NCBI GenBank assembly: GCA_964016885.1
Contig: OZ024743.1
Span: forward strand, 125,984,001-126,048,000
Length of the DNA stretch: 64,000 bases
From: Eledone cirrhosa
Taxonomy: Eukaryota
Direction: 5' to 3'
Within the stretch, counting starts at the first letter, position 1; each line of letters opens with the position of its first letter. Positions 25,063 to 38,180 of this stretch are shown here, one piece after another. The notes beneath the pieces are model-generated. The model saw nothing but the letters and a program-made list of their open reading frames with translations, searched no databases and was not told the DNA's origin. Position numbers and translations under genes: made by a program.

Positions 25063-28000
25063 CTAGCAGAATGGCCTGGTGTTGCTCGGGATTCTAAACA
25101 TAGCAATCTATGTTATCCCTCCTTTCTGAAACAGTACAGAGAAGTACGGAATACCTCGGCCTGGGGATGGTGTCTACATTTTGTGCTTATAAAAATAATT
25201 CGTCGTAAATTACCAGGGGTTTGACTTAATTGGGTGCCTGAGAGTAATTTGTTTAACCCACGAAAGCCAAGACAAAATGGTTAAGTAAAAAGGCATTCGA
25301 CAAACTGAACATGTATTTGTTGTGTTATGGTACAATGAAAGCAATAGTTACAGAGCAGTAAGCATGTGGGACTGCAGTGGTGGAGAGTGGGGTGGTCTTA
25401 CTCCTTTCAATGTTTCATCGTATGTTCACCAATTGATGCAGAAGTCCTAATAAAAAGTGAAGTCGCCTTGGGTGAATAGGCAAATAATTTTCTATTACCA
25501 TTTTTCAAAAGCATGTAATTGCGTTCCCTCTCTTTTTTGTTGTTGTTTTTGCTGCTGTTGGTGTGATACTAGCCGTTGGTCGTACTACTAACACAGTCTC
25601 ATCCTTCTTCAGCCAATTGTGTATATCCCCTTCTGCCTCATCTACCTAAAAAATGATTGTAACACCGCCTTGTACACAATGTTAGATTAAAGTTTAAGCA
25701 AAGAATCGCTGCTTTCACCCTTAACGGGATCTTCTGAAACTAAAAAAATCAATCTGTGAATGCAGAAGTAAATATTTCAAAAAACGTTACACACTATATA
25801 TATATATATACACACACTATCATCATCATCATCATCACCGTTTTACGTCCGTTCTTCCATGCTAGCATGGGTTAGACTATATATTCATATATATACACAC
25901 ACACACACAGATAGCGTCATAATGTCGTAATGCAGACAGCCAGACATGCAGCCTTACGCCCGAGGCCTCTTTTTTTTCGGCCAGCCTCACCGCTCTCAGG
26001 AAGAAAGAGGGTGGCATACACCCCATTGATGTGGGCAATGTCTTCCGGAGGCTGGCTGCCAAGGTGATCTGCAAGTCCGTAACACACAAACTGGGTGAGG
26101 AGTTTAGTCCGGTGCAACTGGCTGTTGGTGTGTCCGGTGGCTGTGAGGGGGCCGCCCATCGGAACCGGCATCCAGGGACTCCAGGCACCTCGTTGTCAAG
26201 CTTGACATGAGGAATGCCTTCAACTCTTTACGCCGGGATCATCTGCTTGAGGCCTGCCTCAGCTGAGACCCTCTGCCTACCCGCTGGCCTACCTGTCATA
26301 TGGAGCCCCGAGCATGCTCCTTGCTGCTGATACGGTCATACTCGCGGCTACTGGGGTCCAACAGGGCGACCCTTTGGGACCCCTCCCGTTCGCCCTTGGT
26401 ATTGACCACATCGCCTGGAGTATCACGGCCCCTCTCAACGTTTGGTATCTGGATGATGCTACGTTGGGCAGGCCCGTACGGACGGTCTGCCATGACCTTC
26501 AATTGGTGGTTCCTGCCTGGTGGGAATCGGCCTCCAGGTCAACTCGGCCAAGTCGGAGGTGGTGAACGTCAGTCTCGATGCTGTGAGCTTTTCAGCCTCT
26601 GTCTTGGACGTGCGGTCCATTCTCCACCAGGTTCAGGTGACCCCCAAAGAGGATGTTCTCATCCTCGAGTCACTGATCCACCCACCGGCCATCTGCTCCA
26701 CCATCAGGTCCAGGCTTCAACAGCTCCAGACTCTCACAAGCCGACTGGGCTTGATTGACGGCCACCCAGCTCTCTTTCTGCTGAGGAACTGCTTTGCCAT
26801 GCCAAAGCTCCCCTATACACTCCGCAGTGCTCCATGCTACACCCAGACATCTCTCCTCGCTGACCTCGATACTTGTATCCGAGCAGCAGCCGAGGGGATA
26901 TGCAATGTCAAGTTTGACGACATAGGGTGGCAACAGGCCACTTTACCTGTCAGGTATGGCGGCCTTGGCCTCCGGTCCCCGATCTCACTAGCTTTTCCGG
27001 CGTATCTTTCGTCGGTAATCTCGTGCCGCGTCCTCGTCAACAGGGTTCCTCAAAACACAACAGAACCCTCTGTGTTCAGAGAACGTGAGGCCGCCTGTGA
27101 GACGTGGGACCGGCTGGGACTTAGCCCAGTACAGGTCCCTCCTCCTTCTCCCCCTGTTGACATCGAGTCCCCCCAACGCACTTGGGATGCCATCCAGTGC
27201 AGCCTGGCCTCAGACAGGCTCACGCGCAAGCTCGACTAGCACCGCCATGCTTGTTTTCGTGCGGCCTCCAAACCCCACAGTGGTGCCTGGCTCCATGCCC
27301 TGGCAACCATAGCCTGCGAATCGGCGTTTCCCTGAGGCTCGGCCTCCAGATCTGCCAGCCACACCAATGTCACTGCGGTTCCACCGTAGACTCTTTCGGC
27401 CTCCACCCGCTTTCCTGTCACCACAGTGCCGGCCGCATTCCATGCCATGCTGCCCTCAACGAGGTCATTAAGCATGGCTTGGATGTTGCAGGCTTCCCTT
27501 CCCAGCTCGAGCCGGTGGGGCTGGATCGAGGGGACGGCAAAAGGCTAGATGGCATGACCATCTTCCCGTTCCGCGGTGGCAAACCCCTCGTCTGGGATGC
27601 CACTTGTACCGACACTTTCTGTAGCTGCAACCTGGTGCAGTCTGCGACTGACCCAGGTTCTGCTGCGTGTCGGGCTGAGGAGGCCAAACTCCTCAAATAC
27701 TGGTCACTCTCCAACAGGTTTGCGGTCGTACCCTTGGCAGTGGAGATTTCTGGTGTCCTTGGCCCCAGGGCTACCTCCGGCCCCAGGGCTACCTCCTTAC
27801 TCACCACCATAGGCGCTGAGCTGACCAGCCGCAGGTGTGAGCCCCACGAGTTGGAGTGGCTTTTCCAGCGTGCCTCCCTTGCCGTCCTGCGGGGAAACGC
27901 CTTCTCCATTCTGTCCCCCGGGGCTGTGGGTGGGCCCCATCGCGTACTGTTGTAGTTGTATACAGATATTAACTCATCAATTCCAATTCTTTGTACAAGT

Positions 28001-28281
28001 TGGGATCTATTTGTAACTTACAATCTATAAGACAGATATTATAAGGGCGCGACGTCGTAGCTATGTATCTATCTAACAAGACAGACTAAGAATTATAGAG
28101 AGATCGCTAAATCGCCTAATGCGGTCCCTAGGGCATTGAAAATTTGAAATAATTTTTGCTCAAAACACTCACACAACCATAAGTATTACATGTGTAAAGT
28201 TTGAAAAAAATTGGTTGGGTGGTTCTCGAGTTTTAGGGAGTCAGATAGACAGACAGACATTCTCTGTTTTAGATATATAGA
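25063..28281 (-). mobile_element. Non-autonomous Helitron containing a CRE element
   Basis: Minus strand starts A|TCTATATATC with (TCTG)n near the 5' end and ends in a degenerate GC hairpin plus CTAG|T; inserted at an AT site with no TSD. Confidence 0.7.
25930..27955 (+). pseudogene. CRE-clade non-LTR retrotransposon (RT plus restriction-like endonuclease), 5'-truncated and frameshifted
   Basis: GGIHPIDVGNVFRRL, KLDMRNAFN, GVQQGDPLGP, WYLDD, LPVRYGGLG, CHCG..H..SC zinc knuckle, KRLDG, VWDAT, KLLKY, PLAVE; much higher GC than the flanks. Confidence 0.9.
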
Positions 28282-28769
28282 TGATGCTTGTGTACAAAGT
28301 GTGACGATGCATGGTAGCAAAATATAGGTATTGAATGTGAAGGATGTATAACAGCTGGAAAGGAATGAGTGGAGTATGCTTTGATGGATGTGTAATGTTA
28401 ATGTACATGAATAAACTGAAAGAAAAAAAAACAGTACAAAAGGAATTCGATGAAGAGAAAAGATACATGAGTACAGACACATGGTACATAGGGAAGATGA
28501 GACAGCACATTCAAAGGACTACACTCAGCTTGTTTCTCAGCAACCACTGCAAGTTTTCCATACTCCTTATTTGTTTTTCACTACACTGCAGCATTACACT
28601 CATTACATGTACTTCATAATGTCTGTTTTTTTATACAAAGAGAAGCTGTTTATTGTCAACAGAGGTACCCATATAATTCAGCTTCTTGAACTTCTTCCAT
28701 CCAGCTCTTATTCTAACCACTGTATGTTCACTAAAATCTATTGCCCTTACACTAATTATACAATCTGTA

Positions 28770-28940
28770 ATGGATGTAGCATAGCTGAATGGTCAAGAAG
28801 TTTGCTTTGCCTTCACTAGATCTTAGGTTTGATCCCACTAAGTAGCATCTTGGGCAAGTGTCATTTACCTTAGCTTCAAGTCAACCCAAGCCTTGCGAAT
28901 AAAATTGGGTAGATGGAAACTGTTCAGAAGCCTGCTGGAA
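28770..28940 (+). mobile_element. tRNA-derived SINE (family 3), degraded
   Basis: A-box TAGCTGAATGG, B-box GGTTTGATCCC, then CTTGGGCAAGTGTC...GGTAGATGGAAACTG. Confidence 0.6.
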
Positions 28941-30713
28941 GGACTGTACATATAATTTAATAAGTTTGTCTTGCCACACACTGTGTCACATTGAATCTCC
29001 CTGAGAATTATGTTAAGAGTACACATGTCTGTGGAATGTTCAGTACTGGCCTGTTAATTTCATGTACAGGCTGTTCTATTGATCTAAGACCTGGAAAGCT
29101 CATCACTGAGACCGTACATTCCATATCATTTAAATAACCTAATTTATCTACAACACCTGATGAGTCATCTGAGTAGTCTATAGTCTTCATTTCAAGGCTG
29201 TTCTTGCTGACAACTTCACTTGTGTATAGAGTATATCTAAAGTTCCAGTTTCTTGTCAAGTTGCCAAAGATACCACAGCATTTTGTACCCATTGTTGACA
29301 CTGTGTATGCAGTATCAAATTCCCATTTCTCCCATCCTTTGCCATCCTCTCATCTCCACAGCTTCTTTCTCATTATTCACCCTTCACACTCCAGTCATTC
29401 TGTTTCTCTTACTCCATTCACCCACTCACCCTTATTCATCTGTGATTGTTATGTTTTTCTCATCTCACCCTCTTGGTCATGTTACCTTGAATGAACAAAG
29501 AGTGTAGAGTATTGATTACTCTTTAAACTTGTGTGATACAAAGCAACTTTTCAAGTGTTGGTGCCATGATAAACTACACTCAGTACACTCTGTAAAGTGG
29601 TTAGTGATTGAATGGAGACAATATAGTGTTGAGAGGACCGTTTAGTCCTGCTGAGGACATGGCAATCTCTCTATTACTAGTGTCACAATAAATGTATTCT
29701 ACATACTCAGTAAAGTGGTTGATGTTAGGAATGGCATCCAACCATATAAGTCTTGCAAATGATGTAATGTATGGGATGTGTTCTAATTTGTTTGGGAGGG
29801 CAGTAATTCCAAATAATAACTGATTTAGACTGTAACAACCTTCTTCCCCATGCCAATATCGAAAACGGATGTAAAATGATGATGGCGCTGTGTTTTTGTG
29901 AAACATTTTCTGTTGCTTTTCAACAAGTTTAACGTTTCCAGTAAATTATACTTAACAAATGGTGGCCTGTCATGATTGTTTTTGTTGTATATTTTAGAAT
30001 TATTACATTTTTTTAATTTCAAGAAAACTGTTTCTTTTTCAACTGAATAAATGAAAACAAGTTGCTTCTCTATCCTGTCCACATCTGTATCTCACTGTTG
30101 AATTTAAAAGAAAAGTGGGCCATGTATTTGTAAACCTTACTATTTAGTCAAGATTAATAATAGTGGGAAAATAATGAAACCCTTTCAAAGAAATTAAAAC
30201 ATTATTCCAAACAAAGAGATCTTTATTGAAGCTACAACAATATATTTAGTGTGTGACCCAATTCTATGCAGTTGAAACCGATTTGAATAACAGTGCATTC
30301 TAAAACTGCTGACATATTTCATTTTAAAATATTAACCGAAATGTTAATGTTCACAAATGAGTTAACAAGATACGCACACACACACATACATAAGTAATGT
30401 TGTGGGTAATTTAAGCTGAGGTACTGTGACATGATCACAGTTTAAAATACAAACAGCAAGAAGTTTGTATGTTTATTATGTATAAACATAGGCATTATAC
30501 CTAAATTAGAAGCCATTATACATATACATATTGATTTGATTTTATATATGCCTCTATTATGAATCACTCTATATTAGTACTACTGCTAATGAAATTGATA
30601 GTGTTTATATAATCTTAATGTTTCTACAAATTTTCTTTAGTAATTTCATTTGAAAAGAAAAAATTAAATTATTTGAATGGCAATCCACAACTGGGTTACA
30701 TTTGGTAGAAATA

Positions 30714-31928
30714 TTGGGTTGGCCAAAAAGTCTGTTCAGTTTTCTTAGTGAAAATGAGACACAGTTTTAAACCCAAAGCAATTTATTCAATCAATGATGT
30801 ATTTGCCATTTCGTTCCAGTACCTTCTGCCATCTTCTAGGTAGATCCATTATTCCCTGTTCAAAGAATTTCCTGTCTTTACTGGCAAAGAACCCTTCCAA
30901 ATGAATTTTCACATCTTCTGAAGAATTGAATGTCTGAAGTTTTGAAGAGTTTGAAACAGGTGGAAATCTGAAGGAGCAAGGTCAGGGGAATATGGAGGGT
31001 GAGGTAAAACTTCCCAGTGAAGCCCTAGTAACTTCTGCTGCATCTGCAAGGAAGTGTGGGGGTCTGGCATTGTCTTGAAAGAGCATGTTCTGGACACTTC
31101 TGGAAGATCGCTCCATTTAATTTATCCAGATGTTCACTGTATACATCTGAATTGATGGTCCTGTTTGTAGGAAGAAGCTCATAAAAGACAACACAATTCC
31201 AATTCCATCAAATTGAAAGCATAATCTTCTTTTGGGGAAGTCCTGCTTTGGAGGTTGTTTGTGGTGGTTCTTGGTGCTTCCCCCATGATCGTTGTCACTT
31301 CACATTGTTATAGACGATCCATTTTTTTGTGTCCAATTACCATTTTCTTCAAAAAGGGATCGTTTTCTTCACATTTAAGCAGTTGGGTGAGGTTGGCTTC
31401 ATTCAATTCATGGGGAACCCAAACATTGAGCCTGCTTATTTTATGCAGATGGTTTTCAACACTTGATTTAAATATCTGGAGAATATCAGTGATCTCCCTG
31501 GTTGTAAGACAGGTGATGGTGTCGACTAACTTCTTCACTTGGTTACTGTTAACCACAATTGCCCATCCAGTGCAAGGTGCATCTTGAATCGAAAATTTTC
31601 CTGATTGAAATCATGAAAACCACTTCTGGCTTACACGTATCTTCTCTGTACATAGCGCATATGTTCCTGCAAGTTTCTGATGATTTCTTACCTCTTTTTT
31701 TTTAAAAAAAAAAAAGCATATGTTGATAATGTTCATTTTAGTTCTCCATTTTGAGGGTTAAGATAAACGCACAAAATACAACCAATCTCTGAGTTTTGCT
31801 ACAAACTATTTGAAGTATCAAACATCTAATGAGTGCATACTCGGAAGTAAAAAAATAAAGTTAGCAACTACGAGAATGCCTGAAGTTTAGTATTGGCAAA
31901 AACTGAACAGTCTTTTTGGCCAACCCAA
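30714..31928 (-). mobile_element. Full-length decayed mariner transposon
   Basis: TA|TTGGGTTGGCCAAAAAG...CTTTTTGGCCAACCCAA|TA TIRs with TA TSD; 1.2 kb. Confidence 0.95.
30787..31749 (-). pseudogene. Mariner transposase pseudogene
   Basis: WVPHEL and HPPYSPDLAPSDFHLF motifs, C-terminal NGKYIID*; frameshifts and stops. Confidence 0.9.
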
Positions 31929-32578
31929 TAGATTATAAAGCCTTCTAATGATCTGGTTGTAGTCTGCATTACTTTACTTTTGTAGAAATAAATGTTTACG
32001 AAAATATTGTATTTTATAGTATATAAGATTTATTTATTTATTTATTGAAACAGCTCCCAAAATATCTTCCATGTCCTATATGCAAATTTGAGTTATCATC
32101 ATTTAATGTCCACTTCTCCTGATAGCAAGGGTTGAACAAGTCAGTACTTAATCAAGTTTCTAACCCCTCAGATGGGCTGGGGGCTACATCTTGCTTACAC
32201 ATATTTCTGTACTATGCAAAGTGACCTAGGTATATTTTATTGTTGCATCAGTACTAAGGAGGTTGCATGTTTTTGACACAACTGAAGAGTCCTCTTGATC
32301 CGTTGTTTGGCAAGTTTTCATGGCACCAGCACAATAGAGGTTGTTGTGCCATCATTGAAGGGTCCTCTCAGCCCTTTTTGGCATGGTTTCTACAACTGGA
32401 ACTCATTCCTAACACCAACCATTTTATAGTGTGTATTGGGTGTGTTTTATCGTGACACCAACACTAGGGAGGTCATCAGTAATTGACTTGACTGATGAAC
32501 TCTTTCTATCCTATGGGAGGCAGGTGGTGATGGAATCAGAGTGTATTTCAATAACATTAGATACTTTCCAATAAGTAT

Positions 32579-33014
<436 letters not shown>

Positions 33015-34659
33015 TTTTTGATATTCCCTGCTGAAATGAGTTAGGGGTCTTATATACCATTAAAATTAGTCTTGTTAATAATTTATGAAATATTTATACA
33101 TTTATCCTTTGTCAAGCAATAGAATGTGTACATGCCATTTTAAGCTTTAGAGTTGGCATGTGGTTCAGCTGCTTCACAAATTAGCTGAGATCATGTTTTT
33201 GAAAACAAAAGGTTTCTAGATACACAAACTTAACTGACTTCAGATACACTATTTGTGGGTTAATCCATATTATCTAAACTACTTTTGCCACAGCCTTATA
33301 GGTTACATTTCTATGAAAACTGTTTCCACTGACAGCATTGTTAGCAGCATTCTATATTTAACCCTTTTATGGCCAGATTTCTAATAAAACAAACTATTTT
33401 AATTAATTAATGAAACGTTTGGAGGGATGTACTATAATTAGTGTTTTATTTTAAGATGGCATTTCATCATCATCATTTTTACGTCAGTTTTTCCACGCTT
33501 ATAATATATAGGTGACAAATTGGCAGAACATCATGATATTCGTTCTAGCTCTCTGCACACTGAGTTCAAATCACGTTGAGGTCAACTTTTCCTTTTGTGA
33601 TAAATAAATATAATTCCAGTCTAGGGGCAGAGTACTGGTGGAATTTCAAATGGGATACGCTGCAATATCTGATCCGGCGTTGTACATTTCTAATTTCAAA
33701 TGCCATCTCCTTCAACTAGGAGTTGCAACTAGCAGATAGTATCAGCAATGGAAAGAAAGACCAATGGAAACAGTTTTCTTGGTCTAATTGGATGATCAGC
33801 TCCTTTCCATTTATAACTTAACTTAAGAGGTTCTTGTACATACAAAATTATGTATGTACAACTCTTTAAAATGGATAAAAATTATGTATGGATAAATTTG
33901 TTTCATAGAAACAATAGCAGTTTGAAAGAGTTAGTATCAGTTAATGAGTGTTTCATTAGTTCACATTGCTGAGTTCAACTCCTCACATAAATATAGCTTG
34001 GGAGAAGCATGAACTCTGTACAGAAATTTATATTTTTAACTTCGGAAAAACGATATACTTTGGTTTACTATTAAAAAAAAATAGCCTAAATTCATTTATT
34101 AATTTGTCATACCAAGACAATATAATGATAAAAATATAATGATAAAATCCCACTTCTCACCTACCTTGCCTTATGGCACATTTTTTTTCAATATGTTCAG
34201 TTTCATACTACATCGCACACATTCACATGGTGAACTTCTGTTCAGTTTCCATATTAGAAATTTCACTCACTAAGCATTGGTCAACCCATGACTATAATAG
34301 AAGACACCTTCCCAAGGTGCCCTGCAATAATGGGACTGAACCCAAAGCCACATTTTTTTGAAATGAAATCCTTAACCATACAACCATGTCTGCTCAATTT
34401 CATGACATTCTCATACTATTTTCCTGTCAATCAATCTCTTATTCACATATAGATGTTTATTATTTTTCATAACACTTTTAACTGGTTTTGTTTATATAAT
34501 TGCCTCATACTAGTGTGTGTTAGCCCTATGTTGGTTCTCACAAGTGTCCTAGTTGTTTGATCAATGGAACAGCATGTTCGTAAAATTAATATACAAGTGG
34601 CTGAGCATTCCACACTCATGTAAAGAATTCTAACCAAATACTGAAAAACATTTTGTCTG

Positions 34660-35390
34660 TCCCGCTGAGGTTAACTTTGCCTTTCATTCATCCTTATGGG
34701 GTCGATAAAATAAAGTACCAGTAATGTACTGGGATAATTGCTGGCCTTGTGCCAAACGTAGAAACAATTATAATGATATTAATAATTGTTTCTACTTTTG
34801 TACTTTAGGCACAAGGCCAGCAATTATCCCAGTGCATGACTGGTACTTTATTTTATCAACTCTGTAAGGATGAAAGGCAAAGTTAACCTCGGCGGGATTT
34901 GAACTCGGACTGTAAGGGGACGTAACTCTATGCTGGAAAGCATGGTGTCCGACCCCTACCGATACTGCCAATCCACCACCCTTAATGATATTAATAATGA
35001 TTTCTACTATAGGCGCAAGGCCAGCAATTTTAGGAGAGAAGGGAAAGTCGATTACATAGACTCCAGTCCTTGACTGGTCCTTTATTTCATCAACTCTGGA
35101 AGGGTGAAAGGCAGTTGATTGTGGCAGGGAAGGAACTTAGAATGTAAAGGGCCATAACCAAATACTGACACTCTAATAACTGCCAATAAATAATAATGAT
35201 CATAATGATAATAATTGTTTCTACTTTTGGCACAAGGCCAGCAATTATCCCAGTGCATGACTGGTACTTTATTTTATCAACTCTGTAAGGATGAAAGGCA
35301 AAATTAACCTCGGCGGGATTTGAACTCAGATCATACAGGGAGGTAACTCTATGCTTCAAAGCATGGCATCCGATCCTCTACCGATAACTC
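34660..35390. mobile_element. Cluster of family-2 SINEs (Nin/Deu-like core), including a tail-to-tail inverted pair
   Basis: Core GCCTTTCATCC..GGGGTCGATAAAATAAAGTACCAG on + at 34660-34771 and on - at 34784-34983 and 35213-35388. Confidence 0.85.
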
Positions 35391-36329
35391 TTTTCATTGT
35401 CACATTGTTCCATTCTCTTCAGAAATGCTTACATAAGACATTCATCTGGTCATTTTTTTCACTGTTTAGTCAGGGAGAAAAGGCTAGTGCTTATGATCCT
35501 TTTTCCAGATCTTTAAGACTGGTTAGCAAAGGGAAAATTTAGATCAAATGCTTTTGTAACTAAGTGAACTCAAGTTAAAAACACCCAAAGGCCAAGTGAT
35601 GGTGTTAAACCATGTAACCCAAGTAACCCGCTGCATAATTTAAACTCCGAATGAAAAGAACAGAAACAAATACTGCAAGGCATTTCATCTGGCACTCTAA
35701 TAATTCTGCTAATCCACCAATCTGGACTACTACTATATCTTATCGACCTTGAACAAATGAAAGGCAAAGTTGGTTTCAGTGAGATTTGAACTCGAAGTGC
35801 ATAAAGCCAGAACAAATACTGCAAAGCATTTTGTCCTCTGCTCTAACAACCCTGTCAATTCCCTGTCTATGTTGTTCATTTAATGTACTACTGTTCTCTA
35901 TATGAATATGTTCAATAATAATGCTTCTCTTATTTTTTCTCTTCTCTTTGTTATTTCATCTTTGAGAGCCTGATCTAATTACCTCATCTGTTTGTATTTC
36001 TTTGCCAATTTTTGCTAGAGCTACTATCTAGTACTTTCTTGCAACACTTTTTCATTTATTATACACCCGCACCCCCCCACATATGTCCATACTGTTGTTA
36101 CAACCATATCTTTTATATGTAGTTTAAACAGTGGAATGTTTCATGTGAGTGGAATATATCTTTTACATGTATCTTAATATATTGAAAATATAACCACATC
36201 ACCTACACACCCTCTCATGCCAAATATCACTGACTGGAAAATAATATTCATAATAAACAAGGTTACAATGGAAATTCCCAGCCCTTGTAGAATCCAACAC
36301 CTGTATTGAGGATCCACTTGGGTCCCTCC

Positions 36330-37350
36330 TCAGAGTGGTGCAACCGAGTCCCAGGTTCCCACAATCTGGCTTCATATTGAGAGGGGTTTGCTGTGTGGAG
36401 AGTGACTGGCTTCAAAACTGGAGTGCCACTGTGAGAAGGGTTCGGCCTGGCCAACTAGTGGTGTCACATTTGGTTTCGTATATGAGAAGCTTGCATGGCT
36501 CCGAAACTGGGGTACCACTGTGAGAGGGGTTCAGAGTGGCCAACTGGTCTGTCCCACCTCATAGTTGTGTCATCCAATGGTAGGCTCCAAAACTGATTCT
36601 GTTGTGAGAGGGGTTCAGCGCAGCTAATGGGCCTGTCCTTCCTCATAGTGGAATCACACATGGTTTGGTATTGAGAAGGGTTCGTTGTGTGGAGAGTGTC
36701 CAGCTCTGAAACTGGGGTGATGCTGTGATCAGGGTCCAGCATGGCTAACTGACCTGTCCCTTCACATAGCGGTGCCATCCAGAGTGGTTTTTCGTATTGA
36801 GAAGTGTCTGTCGTACATCCAGTCCCAGGCTGTCAGAGTCCGTTTTCATATTGAGAAGTGTTCAACGCGTGGAGAGTGCCCGGCTTCGAAACTGGGGTGC
36901 CACTGTGTGAAGGGTTTGGTGTGGCCAACTGGCCTGTTCCTCCTCATAGTGGTATCACTGGTCCCTTCGCATAATGGTGCCATCCAGTGTCGGGCCCCAA
37001 AACCGTGGCTATGCTGTGAGATGGGTTAGGCTCCTCGTATCGGTGCCATCCAGTACTGGGCTCCAACACTATGGTTTCCACTGTGTGATGGATCGGGCTC
37101 CGAAAAATATGGTTCTGTTGTGAGACGGGTTTGGCGTGGCCAACTCGCCCCCTCATAACAGAGCCATCCAGTTCCACACTATAAATGTTGTTTGTGTTGG
37201 GAAAGGCATCCAGCCAAATTTACAGTCCTTGCTGGAGCACGATATGACACATGGTCAACTCTGGCCAGAATAGCCTCCCAGTGTGGACAATCTGTCTAAC
37301 CCATGCAAGCGTGGAAAAATTGACATTAAGCAGAAATGATGATGATGAAT
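36330..37350 (+). mobile_element. Degenerate GC-rich VNTR ending in an RTE 3' tail
   Basis: Recurrent TGTGAGAGGGGTTC..GGCCAACTGG..CCTCATAGTGG..GGCTCCAAAACTG units, then GGCATCCAGCC..AACCCATGCAAGCGTGGAA..GATGATGATG. Confidence 0.6.
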
Positions 37351-38180
37351 AGTTCATCACTTTGTCATTTCATATGCATTTACTTCTGTTTTGTTAAGTT
37401 TATTTTACATGCTCAACATTTTATTTCTCATCACTTGTTACAAGTGTTTATCTTCATTACTCATCTTTTAACTTAAACTTTTGACAGATGCATCATCATA
37501 CAAAATAATAAGCCTTCATTTGAGAGAGGAAGCTTTGTCATCAAGAAAGGCAGTAGTTCTCTAATCTTCCACCAACTTTACACCATATAAACTATGCTTT
37601 TATTGGCTCCACTCCAGCACTAATTAGATCAGTGAGGTAACTGAGCTGATATCTACTACTATCAATAGTCACTTCTTTGATAACCCTCTTTTGCTATGGT
37701 ACTGCCTAAGCCCAAATGTCTAAAGGTTTAATCTTTCACTGTGATATATAATTGAAAAGAAACAAAAGCAGTCCTTTTAGTTGGCAACATGACAATTTTA
37801 CTTTATATGAAAGTGGTTAGAATATTGTATTGTTTAATGTTGATGTTTTACTACAAAATTACATTCAACTTTTTATTTTAATTATTGTAAAATAAGTTTT
37901 GTTGCTAAATATCTTATTTTTATGTATAAATTCCTCTCAAGAGGTATTTTGAACCTCTCTTTATCAGTAATTCTATTTTCTAGGCAAGATTTTTCATAAC
38001 TTCAAGTTGAAAATGCTATTTAGTCTTCTCTGAAGTCTTTATTTTTCTTAGTTTCCTTAATGGAAGTTTGTTAACCAAACTGCCTGGAACTGCCACTGAT
38101 TTTATGATACAGAGATGTTTTTTTAAAGTGTTTGTGTTTATCTAAACACCTTGCATTATAATTTTATATAAGAACCTTTC

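Noticed and set aside
25930-27955. Bacterial contamination, retron, DGR or group II intron RT
   Set aside because: The motif set (LP..GGLG, zinc knuckle, RLE) is that of eukaryotic CRE elements, and the segment is embedded in host repeats
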